Origin: Synechococcus sp.
Lineage (GTDB): Bacteria; Cyanobacteriota; Cyanobacteriia; PCC-6307; Cyanobiaceae
DNA: 64,000 bases
Direction of reading: 5' to 3'
Assembly (NCBI GenBank): GCA_047285805.1
Contig: JBJBCN010000003.1
Location: forward strand, 480,001-544,000
Position 1 is the stretch's first letter, and each line of letters opens with the position of its first letter. The notes beneath the pieces were generated by a model. It saw only the letters and a list, made by a program, of their open reading frames with translations. It made no database searches and had not been told where the DNA came from. Both the position numbers and the translations under genes were made by a program. Shown here piece by piece: positions 32,437 through 44,481 of this stretch.

Positions 32437-33171
32437 GTCCAGGTCCGCCATGATTTTCAGGCGAGAGGTCACTGCGGGGGTGAGCTTTTTCGGCAGCTTG
32501 TCCAGCTGTTCGAGAACCCCGTCCTGGCGTAGGCGAATGAGCATCCATCCTCCTGGGGTTCCAGGTGGATGTCGCTGGCACTGCGCTCCAGCGCTTGCAC
32601 CAGGATGCGATCGACCAGCCTCACCACCGGTGAGGCATTGGAGGCCTCCAGGCTGGCCTCGACTCCAGTTCATTCAGGTTGTCGTCAGGTGCATCCTCGA
32701 GCCGCCCCTCGAGTTTCAGCTCATCGACCAAGGACACCCGACTGACGGGGGGGGCTGGTTGTGTTGGCTTGGCCTCATTGGGTGTTGTGGAGGCTGGATC
32801 CGCGCTGGGGCTCTGCTCCAGCACCGCCTGAAGGTCCCCCTGGAGGGCCAGCCGCAGTTCCAGGGGCGGTCGGTCCCTCGGAAGCGGCGTCGCAGAGGTT
32901 CTGGCGCTGTTCTGCGATCCAGTGGGTGGGGTCGGCCACCCCCAGACCCCCAGGTGGTTGGGATTCAGCTGGACGGGAAGACAGCCCAGGGTTTGGCAGC
33001 TGACTGGGCTGAGTTGGGGATGCCAGCTCCAGCGGTCGCGTCCTGCGGCTGCTAGATCCGCGCTGCTCAAGACGGCTGCCTTGAGAGTAATTCGACCTCA
33101 AGCCGCTGCTGCTCAGAGGTTTGGGCCTCCGCCACCGGTCGCTTGGGGATGGTGCTGGCGCTTGCTGTCAT
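32431..33171 (-). pseudogene. pilB: N-terminal remnant of pilus assembly ATPase PilB (GspE family), frameshifted and truncated
   Basis: SPVVRLVDRILVQALERSASDIHLEPQEDG then, in another frame, IRLRQDGVL...AVTSRLKIMADLDIA; no Walker A/B motif remains. Confidence 0.82.
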
Positions 33172-33266
33172 CAGCCGCTCCGCCGAGGAGGTGCGGGCTT
33201 CCGCCGCTTGTGGGGTGGCGCCCCTTCACATCAACATGTCTAGATCAGATCTCCGGTTCGGTCAGC

Positions 33267-33941
33267 ATGAGCGGCGACGTGACTCCGTTTCCCCAGGACT
33301 CCGCCCCGGCCCCAGCTGAGGCCGCGGCAGCCTCAGAAGCCAGTACTGCGGTGAATTCGGCGCCGGCTGAGGTGGCTGCTGAACCCAGTGCCGACCCTGA
33401 GCAGCGTGTCCGGGAGCTCGAGGCCGAACTAACGGCCCTGAAGGCTGAGCACGAGAGCGTCCGTAGTCAGTACATGCGGATTGCGGCGGATTTCGACAAC
33501 TTCCGCAAGCGCCAGAGCCGCGATCAAGAGGATCAACGCACCCAGATCGCCTGCTCCACCCTGAGCGAAATCCTGCCCGTGGTGGACAACTTCGAACGGG
33601 CCCGACAGCAGCTGGATCCTCAGGCTGAAGAAGCCCAGGCTATCCACCGCAGCTACCAGGGGCTCTACAAGCAGCTAGTGGATGTGTTCAAGCAACTGGG
33701 CGTTTCGCCGATGCGGGTCGAGGGCGAGCCCTTTGATCCCACCCTCCATGAGGCGGTGCTGCGGGAACCCAGCGATGAGCACGCGGAAGACCTGGTGATC
33801 GCCGAATTGCAGCGGGGTTATCACCTCAACGATCGAGTTCTGCGTCACGCCCTGGTCAAGGTCTCGATGGGTCCTGGTCCCAGCGGCGATGCTGCACCGG
33901 CCAGCTCTACCGAGGACGCTGCACCCTCTGAAGAGGCCTGA
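33267..33941 (+). CDS. grpE: nucleotide exchange factor GrpE
   Basis: [48 protein letters not shown]. Confidence 0.97.
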   Translation: MSGDVTPFPQDSAPAPAEAAAASEASTAVNSAPAEVAAEPSADPEQRVRELEAELTALKAEHESVRSQYMRIAADFDNFRKRQSRDQEDQRTQIACSTLSEILPVVDNFERARQQLDPQAEEAQAIHRSYQGLYKQLVDVFKQLGVSPMRVEGEPFDPTLHEAVLREPSDEHAEDLVIAELQRGYHLNDRVLRHALVKVSMGPGPSGDAAPASSTEDAAPSEEA

Positions 33942-33943
33942 GG

Positions 33944-35071
33944 ATGGCCGACTTCTACGACCTCCTAGGGGTTAGCCGTGATGCTGACGCGGACACGCTG
34001 AAGCGTTCCTATCGCCGTCTAGCGCGCCAGTACCACCCGGATATCAACAAGGACCCCGGGGCCGAAGACAAGTTCAAGGAGATCGGCCGTGCCTATGAGG
34101 TGCTGAGCGATCCCCAGACCCGGTCCCGCTACGACCAGTTCGGTGAAGCCGGTCTGGGCGGAGCCGCCGGGATGCCCGACATGGGCGACATGGGCGGCTT
34201 TGCTGACCTGTTTGAGACCTTCTTCAGTGGATTCGGTGGCGGCGTGGGCGGTCCCTCCGCTGGGGGCGCACGCCGGCGCGGTCCCAGCCAGGGAGATGAC
34301 CTGCGCTTTGACCTGACCATCAGCTTCAGCGAAGCGGTCTTTGGTCAAGAGAAGGAGATCCAGATCCGGCACCTGGAGACTTGCAACAGCTGCAGTGGTT
34401 CAGGCGCCAAGAGCGGCAGTGGCCCCACCAGCTGCGGCACCTGCGGCGGTGCTGGTCAGGTCCGGCGTGCCACCCGCACCCCCTTTGGCAGCTTCACCCA
34501 GGTGGCGGCCTGCCCCACCTGCGAAGGCACCGGTCAGGTCATTGCCGATCCCTGCGGCTCTTGTGGCGGCCAGGGCTTACAGCAGGTTCGCAAGAAGCTG
34601 CGCATCAACATCCCGGCGGGTGTCGACACCGGCACTCGCCTGAGGGTCGCCGATGAGGGCAACGCTGGGCAACGGGGCGGCCCCGCGGGTGACCTCTACG
34701 TCTTTCTGACGGTTCAGGCCCATCCGCACCTGCGCCGTGATGGGATCAATATCCACTCGGAGGTGACCGTCAACTACCTCCAGGCGATCCTCGGCGACAC
34801 GATTGAGGTGGAGACCGTGGATGGCCCGGAACAACTGGAGATTCCTGCTGGCACCCAGCCCGGAGCGGTCCTGACCCTGACGGGTAAGGGGGTGCCGAAA
34901 TTGGGCAATCCCGTGGCGCGGGGCAACCACCTGATCCAGATCAAGGTGCAGCTCCCGACCAAGGTCAACCGTGAGGAGCGCGAGCTGCTCGAGCAATTGG
35001 CGGGTCACCACACCGCCAAGGGGCAGAAGCATCCCCACAAGAGCGGGTTGTTCGGCGGTTTGTTTGGCTAG
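33944..35071 (+). CDS. dnaJ: chaperone DnaJ
   Basis: J domain with HPD, G/F-rich region, four CxxCxGxG repeats. Confidence 0.98.
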   Translation: MADFYDLLGVSRDADADTLKRSYRRLARQYHPDINKDPGAEDKFKEIGRAYEVLSDPQTRSRYDQFGEAGLGGAAGMPDMGDMGGFADLFETFFSGFGGGVGGPSAGGARRRGPSQGDDLRFDLTISFSEAVFGQEKEIQIRHLETCNSCSGSGAKSGSGPTSCGTCGGAGQVRRATRTPFGSFTQVAACPTCEGTGQVIADPCGSCGGQGLQQVRKKLRINIPAGVDTGTRLRVADEGNAGQRGGPAGDLYVFLTVQAHPHLRRDGINIHSEVTVNYLQAILGDTIEVETVDGPEQLEIPAGTQPGAVLTLTGKGVPKLGNPVARGNHLIQIKVQLPTKVNREERELLEQLAGHHTAKGQKHPHKSGLFGGLFG

Positions 35072-35078
35072 GTCAGTG

Positions 35079-35300
35079 ATGACCCAGCTCGACCTCCGCG
35101 GGACTCCTTGCCCGCTCAATTTCATCCGCACCAAGCTCGCCCTTGAGAAGCTCTCCGCCGGCGAGTGGCTGAAGGTGGATCTCGATGCCGGTGAGCCCGA
35201 GGAGATGGTCGCCAGCGGCTTGCGGGAGGCTGGACATCGCGTTGAGCTGGAGTCCTTGGAGGCTGGGGTGGTGCGCTTGTTGATCTGTCGCTGTGGCTGA
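35079..35300 (+). CDS. TusA/SirA-family sulfurtransferase
   Basis: LDLRGTPCPLNFIRTKL. Confidence 0.85.
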   Translation: MTQLDLRGTPCPLNFIRTKLALEKLSAGEWLKVDLDAGEPEEMVASGLREAGHRVELESLEAGVVRLLICRCG

Positions 35301-36297
35301 CGCCCTGGTGATGGCCCTCGAGGCCAACTTTTGCCGGGTGCAACTGGATCGGCCGGGCCCTGGAGGCGTTCATGAGCTCCTCTGCGTGCGCCGGACTCGG
35401 TTGGGCAAGACCGGTCAACAGATTTGTGTGGGTGATCGGGTTGAGGTGGAGGGCATCGATTGGCCTGAAGCCCGGGCCGCGATCGCGGCGGTGGGGCCCC
35501 GCAGCAGCCTGCTTGAGCGTCCCGCGGTTGCGAACTGCAGTCGCGTCGTGGTTGTGGGTGCCCTGGATCAGCCGGAGTTGGACCCGCTGCAACTCACCCG
35601 CTTTTTGCTGACCGCTGAGCGCACGGGCGTCGCCGTGGAGCTGGTCCTCACCAAGGCCGATTTGCTGAGCGAGGCCGAGCAGCAGCGGTGGCGTGAGCGG
35701 CTCATGGGTTGGGGTTACTCCCCTCTCCTCGTCTCCTCAAAGTGCGGCGATGGCCTGGCCGCCCTCCGTGATCGCTTGGTGGCACCAGGGATTTCTGTCC
35801 TTTGCGGCCCTTCCGGGGTGGGCAAGAGCAGCCTGATTAATGCCCTGTTGCCGCAGCTGAGCTTGCGGGTGAGTGCGGTTACCGGGCGTCTACAGCGGGG
35901 GCGCCACACCACGCGCCACGTGGAGCTATTCCCGCTGGCGTCGGGTGCCCTCTTGGCGGATTCTCCCGGCTTTAATCGGCCCTCCTTGCCCGCGGATCCT
36001 GCGGAGCTGGGGATGCTCTTCCCAGAGATCCGCCAGCAGCGCGAGGCTGCGGTTTGTCAGTTCAAGAATTGCCTGCACCAGGGCGATCCCGGCTGCGCCG
36101 TTGGCAGAGATTGGGATCGCCATGGTCTGTATCTCACTTGCCTGGAGTCGGTTCAGCAGCAGGTGGAGCGGCAACCCCGGCTGCGCACGGCAGGGTTGAA
36201 GCAGCGCGGAGGCAAAGAGGAGCCCTTACTCGATAAGCGCCTGCGCCAAAGCTCGAGGCGCAGGCTGCGGCAAGTGGAGCCGGACGAAGAGGCTTAG
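35293..36297 (+). CDS. rsgA: ribosome small subunit-dependent GTPase
   Basis: [41 protein letters not shown]. Confidence 0.95.
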   Translation: MADALVMALEANFCRVQLDRPGPGGVHELLCVRRTRLGKTGQQICVGDRVEVEGIDWPEARAAIAAVGPRSSLLERPAVANCSRVVVVGALDQPELDPLQLTRFLLTAERTGVAVELVLTKADLLSEAEQQRWRERLMGWGYSPLLVSSKCGDGLAALRDRLVAPGISVLCGPSGVGKSSLINALLPQLSLRVSAVTGRLQRGRHTTRHVELFPLASGALLADSPGFNRPSLPADPAELGMLFPEIRQQREAAVCQFKNCLHQGDPGCAVGRDWDRHGLYLTCLESVQQQVERQPRLRTAGLKQRGGKEEPLLDKRLRQSSRRRLRQVEPDEEA

Positions 36298-36632
36298 CCC
36301 ATGCCGGGCAGGTTCAGGTTTAGGCCGCCGGTGAGCTCTTCCATCCGATCCTTCATCGTCCCAGTGGAGTTTTCATAGGCCGATTTCAGGGCCTCGAGGG
36401 TGGCGTTTTCGGTGCTGGAGGCACCCTCGGCGAGCAGGGCAGGGTCCAGGCGCACCTTCAGGGGCTGCTGGTTGCCCGAGAGCCAAACACTGGCGCGGCC
36501 GCAGATGCTTTGGCCTTCGATTTCCATCGCATCCAGCTCTTCCTGAAGCTTGGCGGCGTCCTGTTGGATTTGTTGGGCCTTTTTGAAAGCTTCGGTGAGC
36601 TGGCCGAAGTTGGGGAGACCGAAACCGGCCAT
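36294..36632 (-). CDS. YbaB/EbfC nucleoid-associated protein
   Basis: [20 protein letters not shown]...MEELTGGL. Confidence 0.9.
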   Translation of the reverse strand: MAGFGLPNFGQLTEAFKKAQQIQQDAAKLQEELDAMEIEGQSICGRASVWLSGNQQPLKVRLDPALLAEGASSTENATLEALKSAYENSTGTMKDRMEELTGGLNLNLPGMG

Positions 36633-36658
36633 GCCTGCACTGCTGAAGTGTGCGCAGG

Positions 36659-37576
36659 CTACGCCGCCAGGGCGATGTCTTCGAAGGGGCCGAGCCGTTT
36701 CACCTCGGTGTGCAGGGTGATGGCGTGGCGCTGCATCACGCGCTCCTGGACCAGGGCGATCAGCTGGTCAATTTCCCCTGCGCTGGCGGCGCCGGTGTTG
36801 ACGATGAAATTGGCGTGGATCGGCGAGACCTGGGCGCCCCCAATGGCGAGGCCCTTGAGGCCCAGCCCCTCGATGAGTGGCCCTGCTTTTTGCGGGTCGG
36901 GGTTGCGAAAAACGCTGCCGCAGCTTGGTTGCTGGTAGGGCTGGCTGCTGGTTCTGCTATGGAGATTGGCGCTGGTTCGTTGGCTCACGGTTTTCGGGTC
37001 ATGGCCCGGCGAGAGCCGAAAGTGCGCCGAGAGGACCACCAGGGGCTCGTGTTGTAGGCGGCTGTGGCGATAGGCAAATTCCAGCTCTCTGCCCGGGATG
37101 GTGTGGGTTTGGCTGGGCTGGTTGGGGTCCACCACCGTGACGCTCTCCAGGACCTCGGCCGTGCAGCCCCCCTGGGCCCCAGCGTTCATGACGGCCGCTC
37201 CACCGACGGTGCCTGGAATGCCGACGGCCCACTCCAGGCCAGCCAGGCCAGCACGGGCTGCCCGCCGAGCCAGGGTGGGTATTGGCTCGCCAGCTTGGGC
37301 CTCAATCAGGCCGCTTGCGTTCTCCAGTTCTGCTCCTTGGATGTGGCGGGTGCAGAGGGTGAGCCCCTCGAGGCCTTGATCGCTGATGAGCAGGTTGGAG
37401 CCGGCGCCGATGACCTGCTGCCCGCAGCCCTCTTCCTGCGCCCAGCGCAAGAGGGCCAGCAGCTCTTCCGTGGATTCGGGTTCGGCGAAGAACGCCGCAG
37501 GCCCTCCCACTTTCCAGGTGGTGTAGTCAGCGAGAGCGACCGAGCGGCGTAGACCTTCGGGAAGGGATGGGGCCAT
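36659..37576 (-). CDS. murB: UDP-N-acetylenolpyruvoylglucosamine reductase
   Basis: [48 protein letters not shown]. Confidence 0.96.
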   Translation of the reverse strand: MAPSLPEGLRRSVALADYTTWKVGGPAAFFAEPESTEELLALLRWAQEEGCGQQVIGAGSNLLISDQGLEGLTLCTRHIQGAELENASGLIEAQAGEPIPTLARRAARAGLAGLEWAVGIPGTVGGAAVMNAGAQGGCTAEVLESVTVVDPNQPSQTHTIPGRELEFAYRHSRLQHEPLVVLSAHFRLSPGHDPKTVSQRTSANLHSRTSSQPYQQPSCGSVFRNPDPQKAGPLIEGLGLKGLAIGGAQVSPIHANFIVNTGAASAGEIDQLIALVQERVMQRHAITLHTEVKRLGPFEDIALAA

Positions 37577-37578
37577 CG

Positions 37579-39021
37579 TTAGGCCACAAGGGGAAGGTCG
37601 GCAGCGAGGAAACTGCGGCTTTCTAGGCGGCTCCAAAGGCTGTTCACGTCTCCAGCCCCCATGGCAAGGACCAGGTCGCCGCTGTTGCTGCTGTTGCTGA
37701 TGGCATCGGTCAGGGCGTCCAGCGTGTCAAAGGCGCACACGGGCAGAGCGGGTGCCAGTCGTTGGATTTCGGCGGCGAGGGCAGCACTGGAGATCCCGGG
37801 GAGCGGCGCTTCACCGGCGGCATAGAGCGGGGCCAGAAGGACGGCGTCGGCCTGGCTCAGGGCCTCGGCAAAGTCCGTCAGGAATTCAGCGGTTCGGCTG
37901 TAGCGGTGGGGCTGGAAGACCGCCAGCAGCCGTTGGGGGGGCTCCGGCAAGGGGCTGCGGCCGCTGCTGACCATCAACCGCGCCATCGCCAGGGTCGCCT
38001 TCACTTCGCTCGGGTGGTGGGCGTAATCGTCCACCACTTGCCGGCCAAACCATGTGCCGCGGTAGTCGAAGCGGCGTCCAGGGGCTTGGAGCCCTTCCAC
38101 AGCCCGTTGCAGTTCGGCGAAGGACACACCGTGGAGGCGGCAGGCCCCCATGGCTGCTGTGGCGTTGCTCAGGTTGTGTAGTCCCGGCAGGGGAAGCCGG
38201 AATTGCCCCAGGGCCTCGCCGTGTTCGTAGAAGGTGGCGATGGTGCTGTCCCCGTGCAGCGCATCTGCGATGGCGGCGTAATCCACGCCTTCGCTGCTGC
38301 TGATGGACCACCAATGGCTGGCGTCAAAGTGCTTGAGCAGCACGGGACAGTCCCGATTGGCCAGCAGATTCTCACTGCCCTTGGCAAAGCGCTGCAGGGT
38401 CGTGATCAGGGAAGCGAGATCGCTGTAGTGGTCTGTGTGATCCAGCTCCAGGTTGGTGATCACCCCCAGCCAGGACTGGAATTTCACCAGGGAGCCATCG
38501 GATTCATCTGCCTCGGCCACCAGTAGGGGGCCATTCCCGTTGCGGCCGTTGCTCGCGAAGGCCGGCACGACACCACCAATCACGGCCGTGGGGTCGTGAT
38601 TGGTGGCGTGCAGCAGGCTGGCGACCAGGGCGCTGGTGGTGGTTTTGCCGTGGCTGCCGGCCACGGAGATTGACGGTTGGGCGGCAATCAAGGCCGCGAG
38701 GACATCCGAGCGGTGCCAGGTTTGCAGGCCGGCATGTTCGGCTTCCACCAGTTCCGGGTTGCTGGCTGGAACCGCAGAACTGACGACGACAGCCGGCGGG
38801 CAGGAGGTTCCGCTGCGGATCGCGTCGATGGTGGCGGCGCTTTGCTCGCGAAACACCCGGACCCCGCGGCTGCGCAGGTCCTGCAGCACGGCGTTGTCCC
38901 GCGGATCGGAGCCGCTGATGCTGTAGCCACGGTCCGCCAGGATCCCGGCTATGGCAGACATGCCGATGCCGCCAACTCCAATGAAATGGAGAGGTTGGTG
39001 GCGATCAAGCGTCAGGACCAA
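37579..39021 (-). CDS. murC: UDP-N-acetylmuramate--L-alanine ligase
   Basis: [45 protein letters not shown]; start (TTG 39021) approximate. Confidence 0.95.
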   Translation of the reverse strand: MVLTLDRHQPLHFIGVGGIGMSAIAGILADRGYSISGSDPRDNAVLQDLRSRGVRVFREQSAATIDAIRSGTSCPPAVVVSSAVPASNPELVEAEHAGLQTWHRSDVLAALIAAQPSISVAGSHGKTTTSALVASLLHATNHDPTAVIGGVVPAFASNGRNGNGPLLVAEADESDGSLVKFQSWLGVITNLELDHTDHYSDLASLITTLQRFAKGSENLLANRDCPVLLKHFDASHWWSISSSEGVDYAAIADALHGDSTIATFYEHGEALGQFRLPLPGLHNLSNATAAMGACRLHGVSFAELQRAVEGLQAPGRRFDYRGTWFGRQVVDDYAHHPSEVKATLAMARLMVSSGRSPLPEPPQRLLAVFQPHRYSRTAEFLTDFAEALSQADAVLLAPLYAAGEAPLPGISSAALAAEIQRLAPALPVCAFDTLDALTDAISNSSNSGDLVLAMGAGDVNSLWSRLESRSFLAADLPLVA

Positions 39022-39200
39022 TGGCGTATCCAAGCCTGGCCAGAAACTAAGCCCGAACGGGTCGCTTGTCCGCTCCTGGCAGCGCATTTGAGCGATTTCG
39101 ACAGGTGGACCCTCGACGTCCAAAGATGGGGAGGGTCAACGAATTTCTGTATGATCGGCGGCCAAATACCTCTTATTAGCGGGTTTGCCCGCGATATGCC

Positions 39201-40223
39201 ATGACCCTGAAGGTTGCGATCAACGGATTCGGCCGCATCGGTCGCAACTTCATGCGTTGCTGGCTGAGCCGCGGAAGCAATACCGGCATTGAGATTGTCG
39301 GCATCAACGGCTCCGGTGACACCAACACCAATGCCCACCTGCTGAAGTACGACTCGATGCTCGGCCCCCTGCGCAATGCAGAGGTGACCACCACCGAGAA
39401 CACGATCGTCATCAACGGCAAGACGATCAAGACCTTCTACGACCGCAATCCCGCCAACCTCCCCTGGAAAGAGTGGGGCGTGGATCTGGTCATCGAATCC
39501 ACCGGTGTCTTCAACGACGATGTCGGTGCCAGCAAGCACTTCGAGGCCGGTGCTAAGAAAGTGATCCTGACCGCCCCTGGTAAGGGCGACAAGGTCGGCA
39601 CCTTCGTGGTTGGCGTGAACGCCGATCAGTACCGCCATGAGGACTACGACATCCTCAGCAACGCCAGCTGCACCACCAACTGCATGGCGCCTGTGGTCAA
39701 GGTCCTGGATCAGGCCTTCGGCATCGTCAAAGGCACGATGACCACCACCCACAGCTATACCGGTGACCAGCGCATCCTCGATGCCTCCCACCGCGACCTG
39801 CGCCGTGCCCGTGCCGCTGCGGTGAATATCGTTCCCACCAGCACCGGCGCTGCCAAGGCTGTGGCACTGGTCTACCCCGAAGTGAAGGGCAAGCTGAGCG
39901 GCATCGCCCTCCGTGTTCCAACTCCCAACGTTTCGGTGGTGGACATGGTGCTGGAGATGAGTCGCGAGACCACTAAGGACGAGGTCAACGCTGTCCTCAA
40001 GGCCGCTTCTGAAAACGGCATGAAGGGGATCATCAAGTACACCGATCTGCCCCTGGTCTCCAGCGACCACGCCGGCACCGACGAGAGCACCATCGTTGAC
40101 TCCGACCTCACCCTGGTGATGGGCGGCAACATGGTCAAAGTCATCTGCTGGTATGACAACGAGTGGGGCTACAGCCAGCGTGTTGTCGATCTAGCCGAAA
40201 TCGTCGCTAAGAACTGGAAGTGA
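39201..40223 (+). CDS. gap2: NAD(P)-dependent glyceraldehyde-3-phosphate dehydrogenase
   Basis: [33 protein letters not shown]. Confidence 0.95.
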   Translation: MTLKVAINGFGRIGRNFMRCWLSRGSNTGIEIVGINGSGDTNTNAHLLKYDSMLGPLRNAEVTTTENTIVINGKTIKTFYDRNPANLPWKEWGVDLVIESTGVFNDDVGASKHFEAGAKKVILTAPGKGDKVGTFVVGVNADQYRHEDYDILSNASCTTNCMAPVVKVLDQAFGIVKGTMTTTHSYTGDQRILDASHRDLRRARAAAVNIVPTSTGAAKAVALVYPEVKGKLSGIALRVPTPNVSVVDMVLEMSRETTKDEVNAVLKAASENGMKGIIKYTDLPLVSSDHAGTDESTIVDSDLTLVMGGNMVKVICWYDNEWGYSQRVVDLAEIVAKNWK

Positions 40224-40250
40224 TCTGAGCCTGGCTCAGTCTTTCCCCTC

Positions 40251-40274
40251 AGCCGCCCTAGGGGCGGCTTTTTT
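40251..40274 (+). terminator. rho-independent terminator after gap2
   Basis: AGCCGCCC/GGGCGGCT stem plus T-run. Confidence 0.85.
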
Positions 40275-40298
40275 GTGCTTGATCCGGCTTGCGTGGAT

Positions 40299-41276
40299 CT
40301 AGCTGAAGTGCCGGTAACCCGGGTCGTTGTCGCTTAGAGGCAGACCGCTCTTGCTCCAGGTCAGCTCTGGAGAGGTGGCCGCCACCAGCTCGCCGATCAC
40401 CTGGCAACCCGGAAGTGCGGCGCAGAGGCCTTCTGCCCAGGCCGGTTCCAGCGCGAGCACCAGTTCAAAATCTTCCCCTCCATTGAGGCACCAGCGCTCC
40501 CCTGAGCTCAGGGAGGCCATGGCTGGGTCGAAGGGCAAGGCTGTGCGCTGGAGCTGAGCCCCACAGCCGCTCGCGAGCACCAGGTTCAGGACGGCGCGCT
40601 GCAGCCCGTCACTGCTGTCTGTGCCGCAAACCCGCCATGGAGAGCCGTGGGGCTGGCTCGCTTCGAGGGCGCCGACGGCATCCAGCCGAGGCCTGGGCCG
40701 TTGATGGGCCTGGATGGCGCGTTGCCTTAGGTCCGCTGGAATGGGCTCCTCGAGTTGGTTCTGCAGCAGCGCTAGCCCGAGGCGGCTCAGGCCGTGGGGG
40801 CCGGTGCTCACCAGCCAATCGCCCGGTTGCCCATCCCCGCGGCGGATGGGGCCAGGTCCAAGGCGCCCCAGGGCCGTGATGGCCAGAAGGCGTTGCTGGC
40901 CGCTGCTGCAGTCGCCGCCCAGTAGCATCCCGCCATAGCGCTGCAGCGCCTCGGAGAGGCCCTGATAGACCCCCTCCACCCAGCTCCAGCTGGTCTCGCC
41001 CGGGGCTACGAGGCCAACGGTGAGCCCAAGGACGTCTCGGCACCCCATCGCAGCTAGGTCGGAGAGATTGGCTGCCGCCGCGCGCCAGCCCAAGTCCTGC
41101 GGCGACACGGTCGTGTCGCTGAAATGCACCGCGTCAACGAGGACGTCGGTGTTGACCACCATCGCACCAGATAGCGAAGGGCTCAGGATCGCGGCGTCGT
41201 CCGCCAGCTGGCCTGCGGGCGCATAGGCCGAGAGCCGTTCAATCAGCTCCCATTCCCCGAGCTGATCGAGCCGCAT
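40299..41276 (-). CDS. thiL: thiamine-monophosphate kinase
   Basis: GEWELI, DDAA, ANLSDLAAMG, GGD, DSSDGL, GGEDFEL. Confidence 0.93.
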   Translation of the reverse strand: MRLDQLGEWELIERLSAYAPAGQLADDAAILSPSLSGAMVVNTDVLVDAVHFSDTTVSPQDLGWRAAAANLSDLAAMGCRDVLGLTVGLVAPGETSWSWVEGVYQGLSEALQRYGGMLLGGDCSSGQQRLLAITALGRLGPGPIRRGDGQPGDWLVSTGPHGLSRLGLALLQNQLEEPIPADLRQRAIQAHQRPRPRLDAVGALEASQPHGSPWRVCGTDSSDGLQRAVLNLVLASGCGAQLQRTALPFDPAMASLSSGERWCLNGGEDFELVLALEPAWAEGLCAALPGCQVIGELVAATSPELTWSKSGLPLSDNDPGYRHFS

Positions 41277-42362
41277 TTAGGCGTGGGCTTTGAGGTTCTC
41301 GCCCCCGTCAATCAGGCGAGCGCGGACTATGCCGTCGTCGATCCCCAGTTCTTCGAGTACGTCGAAGCCGTCGACCACGTAGCCAAAGGCGCTGTAGCGG
41401 CCATCGACGAGGTTCAGCCCTGCCGGGGTGAGTTCGGCTTCGTAGAGGAAGAAGAAGAACTGGGAGGAGCCATTGGCGAGGGATTCGTCGGAGTGGGCCC
41501 AACCCATGGTGCCCAGGGTCGCGAATGGCAGCACCGGGGTGGCTTCAAAGCGGCCCAGATCCTCAAACGTCGCGTTGTAAAAGGGCTCGGTTTCCCCGGG
41601 GATCATGATTTCTAGCGGAACCTGACGCTCAGCTTTGGTTTTCGGGTCGATGTAGCCGGTTTCAGGCCCTTTGGGGTCGCCGGTCTGCAGGACGTAGAAG
41701 TCTTCGGCGCGGGTGAAGGGGAGGCCGTCGTAAAAGCCCTGCTTCACCAGGTCCACAAAGGCACCAGCGGTGAGGGGAGCGTTGTAGCCGTCCACCACTG
41801 CAGTGACGGCGCCTTTGGTTGTCTCGATCTCAACAGTTGCACGTCCTAGAAGCCGGGGGAGCGCATCAAAGTCGCTGGGTATGGCGAAAGGAAAATCACC
41901 CACCAGCAGGGCCTCCAGGTCTCCGACGGTGCTCAGGGCTGCACGTCGGTCGTCCAGGAAGCGGTCGCGGTCCGAACTCTCGCTGCTGGCCACCAGGGTG
42001 TCCATCTGGGCCTGCAGGTTGCTTATAAGGCTTTGCCCCTCGGCTTGCTTGGCGTCCGGCAGGCTCGCCACGATGGCGTCCGCGCGGGTGCTGAGCAGGG
42101 CCTGACTGCGTTTGACCGTATTGACCAGGGCGCTCCAGCGCTTGGCTCTGAGATCGTCGCTGGTGCTCTCCAGCTTGTGCTGCAGCGTTTGTAGATCCGA
42201 TTGTTCGATCGGCAGAGCGTTGCGAAGGATTGCGGCGGGATCCTTCACTGCATTCCCGGGCGGCAGGGCCGCTTGGATTGGAGCCGCCAGTGGGAAGGCG
42301 GCCAGAGCGATTGCGATCAGCAGGGCGGGTACCCAGCGATCCACCCAGCGCTTCAGATCCAT
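41277..42362 (-). CDS. cyclophilin-type peptidyl-prolyl isomerase (TLP40/CYP38-like)
   Basis: signal peptide, [43 protein letters not shown]. Confidence 0.9.
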   Translation of the reverse strand: MDLKRWVDRWVPALLIAIALAAFPLAAPIQAALPPGNAVKDPAAILRNALPIEQSDLQTLQHKLESTSDDLRAKRWSALVNTVKRSQALLSTRADAIVASLPDAKQAEGQSLISNLQAQMDTLVASSESSDRDRFLDDRRAALSTVGDLEALLVGDFPFAIPSDFDALPRLLGRATVEIETTKGAVTAVVDGYNAPLTAGAFVDLVKQGFYDGLPFTRAEDFYVLQTGDPKGPETGYIDPKTKAERQVPLEIMIPGETEPFYNATFEDLGRFEATPVLPFATLGTMGWAHSDESLANGSSQFFFFLYEAELTPAGLNLVDGRYSAFGYVVDGFDVLEELGIDDGIVRARLIDGGENLKAHA

Positions 42363-42429
42363 GCTGCAGCCTTGTCTCTGCCCGGACTCTGCCACAGCCG
42401 TACAATCCCGCCTGAACCGTGATGCCGGA

Positions 42430-42990
42430 ATGATCTCGAGCAACGACTTTCGTACCGGCACGACGATCGAGATTGACGGACAGGTCTGGCGAGTCGTCGA
42501 GTTCCTGCACGTCAAGCCCGGCAAAGGCTCCGCTTTCGTGCGCACCAAGCTCAAGGCTGTCCAGTCCGGCAACGTTGTTGAGAAGACCTTCCGGGCCGGC
42601 GAGACCGTGCCCCAGGCGGTTCTAGAAAAAGCCGTGCTTCAGCACACCTACATGGAGGCCGATGACTTCGTCTTCATGGATATGTCCACCTACGAGGAGA
42701 CGCGCCTGACCGCCAAGCAGATCGGCGACCAGCGCAAGTATCTCAAGGAAGGCATGGAGGTGAACGTCGTCTATTGGAACGGGAAGCCTTTGGAAGTGGA
42801 ACTCCCGAACTCCGTTGTTCTCGAAATCACCCAAACTGACCCTGGTGTGAAGGGTGACACCGCGACCGGCGGCACCAAGCCCGCCATTGTCGAGACCGGT
42901 GCTCAGGTGATGGTTCCGTTGTTCCTATCGATCGGCGAAAAGATCAAGATCGACACCCGCACCGACAGCTACTTGGGCCGCGAGAACTGA
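42430..42990 (+). CDS. efp: elongation factor P
   Basis: [35 protein letters not shown]. Confidence 0.98.
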   Translation: MISSNDFRTGTTIEIDGQVWRVVEFLHVKPGKGSAFVRTKLKAVQSGNVVEKTFRAGETVPQAVLEKAVLQHTYMEADDFVFMDMSTYEETRLTAKQIGDQRKYLKEGMEVNVVYWNGKPLEVELPNSVVLEITQTDPGVKGDTATGGTKPAIVETGAQVMVPLFLSIGEKIKIDTRTDSYLGREN

Positions 42991-42994
42991 TCCC

Positions 42995-43471
42995 ATGCAA
43001 CTCGACCACAACCAGCTGCGTGAGCTGATCGCCCTGCTTGGTGACAGCGATATCCAAGAGCTCAAGCTCGAAGGGGACGACTTCCGTCTAGAGCTGCGTC
43101 GCAACCTGCCTGGCGTTCAGCCCCAGGTGGTGATGCAAGCCGCCGCCCCCGTGGCGGCCCCGGCAGCCCCCGCCCCTGCGGCGGCGGTTCCCTCCGCGGC
43201 TCCTCCGGCAGCCCCCGCAGTCCGGAGCGATCTGATTGAGATCACCGCTCCGATGGTGGCGACCTTCTATCGCTCCCCTGCCCCCGGCGAGGCGGCCTTT
43301 GTTGAGCTCGGCGCCAAGATCAACGTGGGTCAGACCGTCTGCATCCTTGAGGCGATGAAGCTCATGAATGAGCTCGAGTCCGAGGTGAGCGGCGAAGTCG
43401 TAGAAATCCTCGTGGAGAACGGCACCCCCGTGGAGTTCGGTCAAGTGCTGATGCGGGTGAAGCCCGCCTAG
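42995..43471 (+). CDS. accB: acetyl-CoA carboxylase biotin carboxyl carrier protein
   Basis: Ala/Pro linker, EAMKLMNE biotinylation motif. Confidence 0.97.
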   Translation: MQLDHNQLRELIALLGDSDIQELKLEGDDFRLELRRNLPGVQPQVVMQAAAPVAAPAAPAPAAAVPSAAPPAAPAVRSDLIEITAPMVATFYRSPAPGEAAFVELGAKINVGQTVCILEAMKLMNELESEVSGEVVEILVENGTPVEFGQVLMRVKPA

Positions 43472-44481
43472 CCCAGTTCCTGAGCCGCTTCGAGGGCCGC
43501 GATCATGCTGTCGGAGCGCGCCAGGCCTCGCCCGGCAATGTCGAAGCCTGTTCCGTGATCCGGTGAGGTCCTGAGGAACGGCAGCCCCAGGCTGGTGTTG
43601 ACAGCCTGGTCAAAAGCCAACAGTTTTACGGGGATGAGCCCTTGGTCGTGATACAGCGCCAAGAATCCATCGGGTGCGTCCCCCCCCTGCCGCCAGGCCA
43701 GGCCCGCACTGAGCCAGCAGGTGTCCGGGGGTAGTGGCCCCAGGAGTCGAACGTCTGGGTTGCGCGCTGACCAGTCCTGGAGAGCCGCTTCAAGCCAGGT
43801 CGCCTCCTCCTGGCCCAGGCGTCCGGCTTCCCCCGCATGGGGATTGAGACCCGCCACAGCCAGGATTGGGTTCGGGCGAAATCGGCGGCAGAAGCCCAAC
43901 AGGACATCGAGCTTTGCCTGCACCCTTTCCGCGTTTAAGGCCTGGGGTACCTGCTGGAGAGGAATGTGGGTTGTGGCCAGCAGGGTGTTCAGTCGCCAGC
44001 CGCTCTGGGGCGAGCGGGCGGTGAACAGCATGGATGCGTTCTGGACACCGGCCAGTTCAGCCAAGCGTTCCGTTTGCCCGGGGTAGTGGTGGCCAGCGGC
44101 GTGCCAGTGCTGCTTGGCGATGGGGGCGGTCACCAGGGCCGCGCCCTGGCAACGCTGCACAAGCGCGACGGCTTCGCTCAGCCAACAGAAGCTGGCATCA
44201 CCGCTCAGGGCATTCGGAGCCCCTGCTTGGACGGGTTGCTCGAGCGGGCAATCCAGCAGGTCGAGCCCGGCGGGGTCGGCCAGGGGGGCGTCGCTGCAGC
44301 GTTTGAGCTGCTGGTAGCTCTCCTCGAGCCAACGGCGGCAACCGACCAGCAGCGGTGGCTCCGCCTCACTGCTCCAGTGCGCCATGGCCTTGAGCACGAC
44401 CTCGCCACCGATGCCGGCGGGATCGCCCAAGGAGATGATCAGGCGAGGGCTAGCGTTGCTGTCGCTTGGCAGATCACCCAT
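43468..44481 (-). CDS. pdxA: 4-hydroxythreonine-4-phosphate dehydrogenase
   Basis: GDPAGIG, GLNPHAGE, YHDQGLIPVK, RTSPDHGTGFDIAG. Confidence 0.96.
   Translation of the reverse strand: MGDLPSDSNASPRLIISLGDPAGIGGEVVLKAMAHWSSEAEPPLLVGCRRWLEESYQQLKRCSDAPLADPAGLDLLDCPLEQPVQAGAPNALSGDASFCWLSEAVALVQRCQGAALVTAPIAKQHWHAAGHHYPGQTERLAELAGVQNASMLFTARSPQSGWRLNTLLATTHIPLQQVPQALNAERVQAKLDVLLGFCRRFRPNPILAVAGLNPHAGEAGRLGQEEATWLEAALQDWSARNPDVRLLGPLPPDTCWLSAGLAWRQGGDAPDGFLALYHDQGLIPVKLLAFDQAVNTSLGLPFLRTSPDHGTGFDIAGRGLARSDSMIAALEAAQELG

Noticed and set aside
32922..33266. 115-aa N-terminal extension of GrpE in the ORF track
   Set aside because: It is the antisense of the pilB remnant; GrpE-like sequence starts at ATG 33267. 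Similar over-extended starts were trimmed for efp, psaC, dusA, murC, thiG and the AbrB-family gene.
43140..43220. Low-complexity GC-rich repeat-like tract
   Set aside because: It encodes the normal Ala/Pro linker of AccB.
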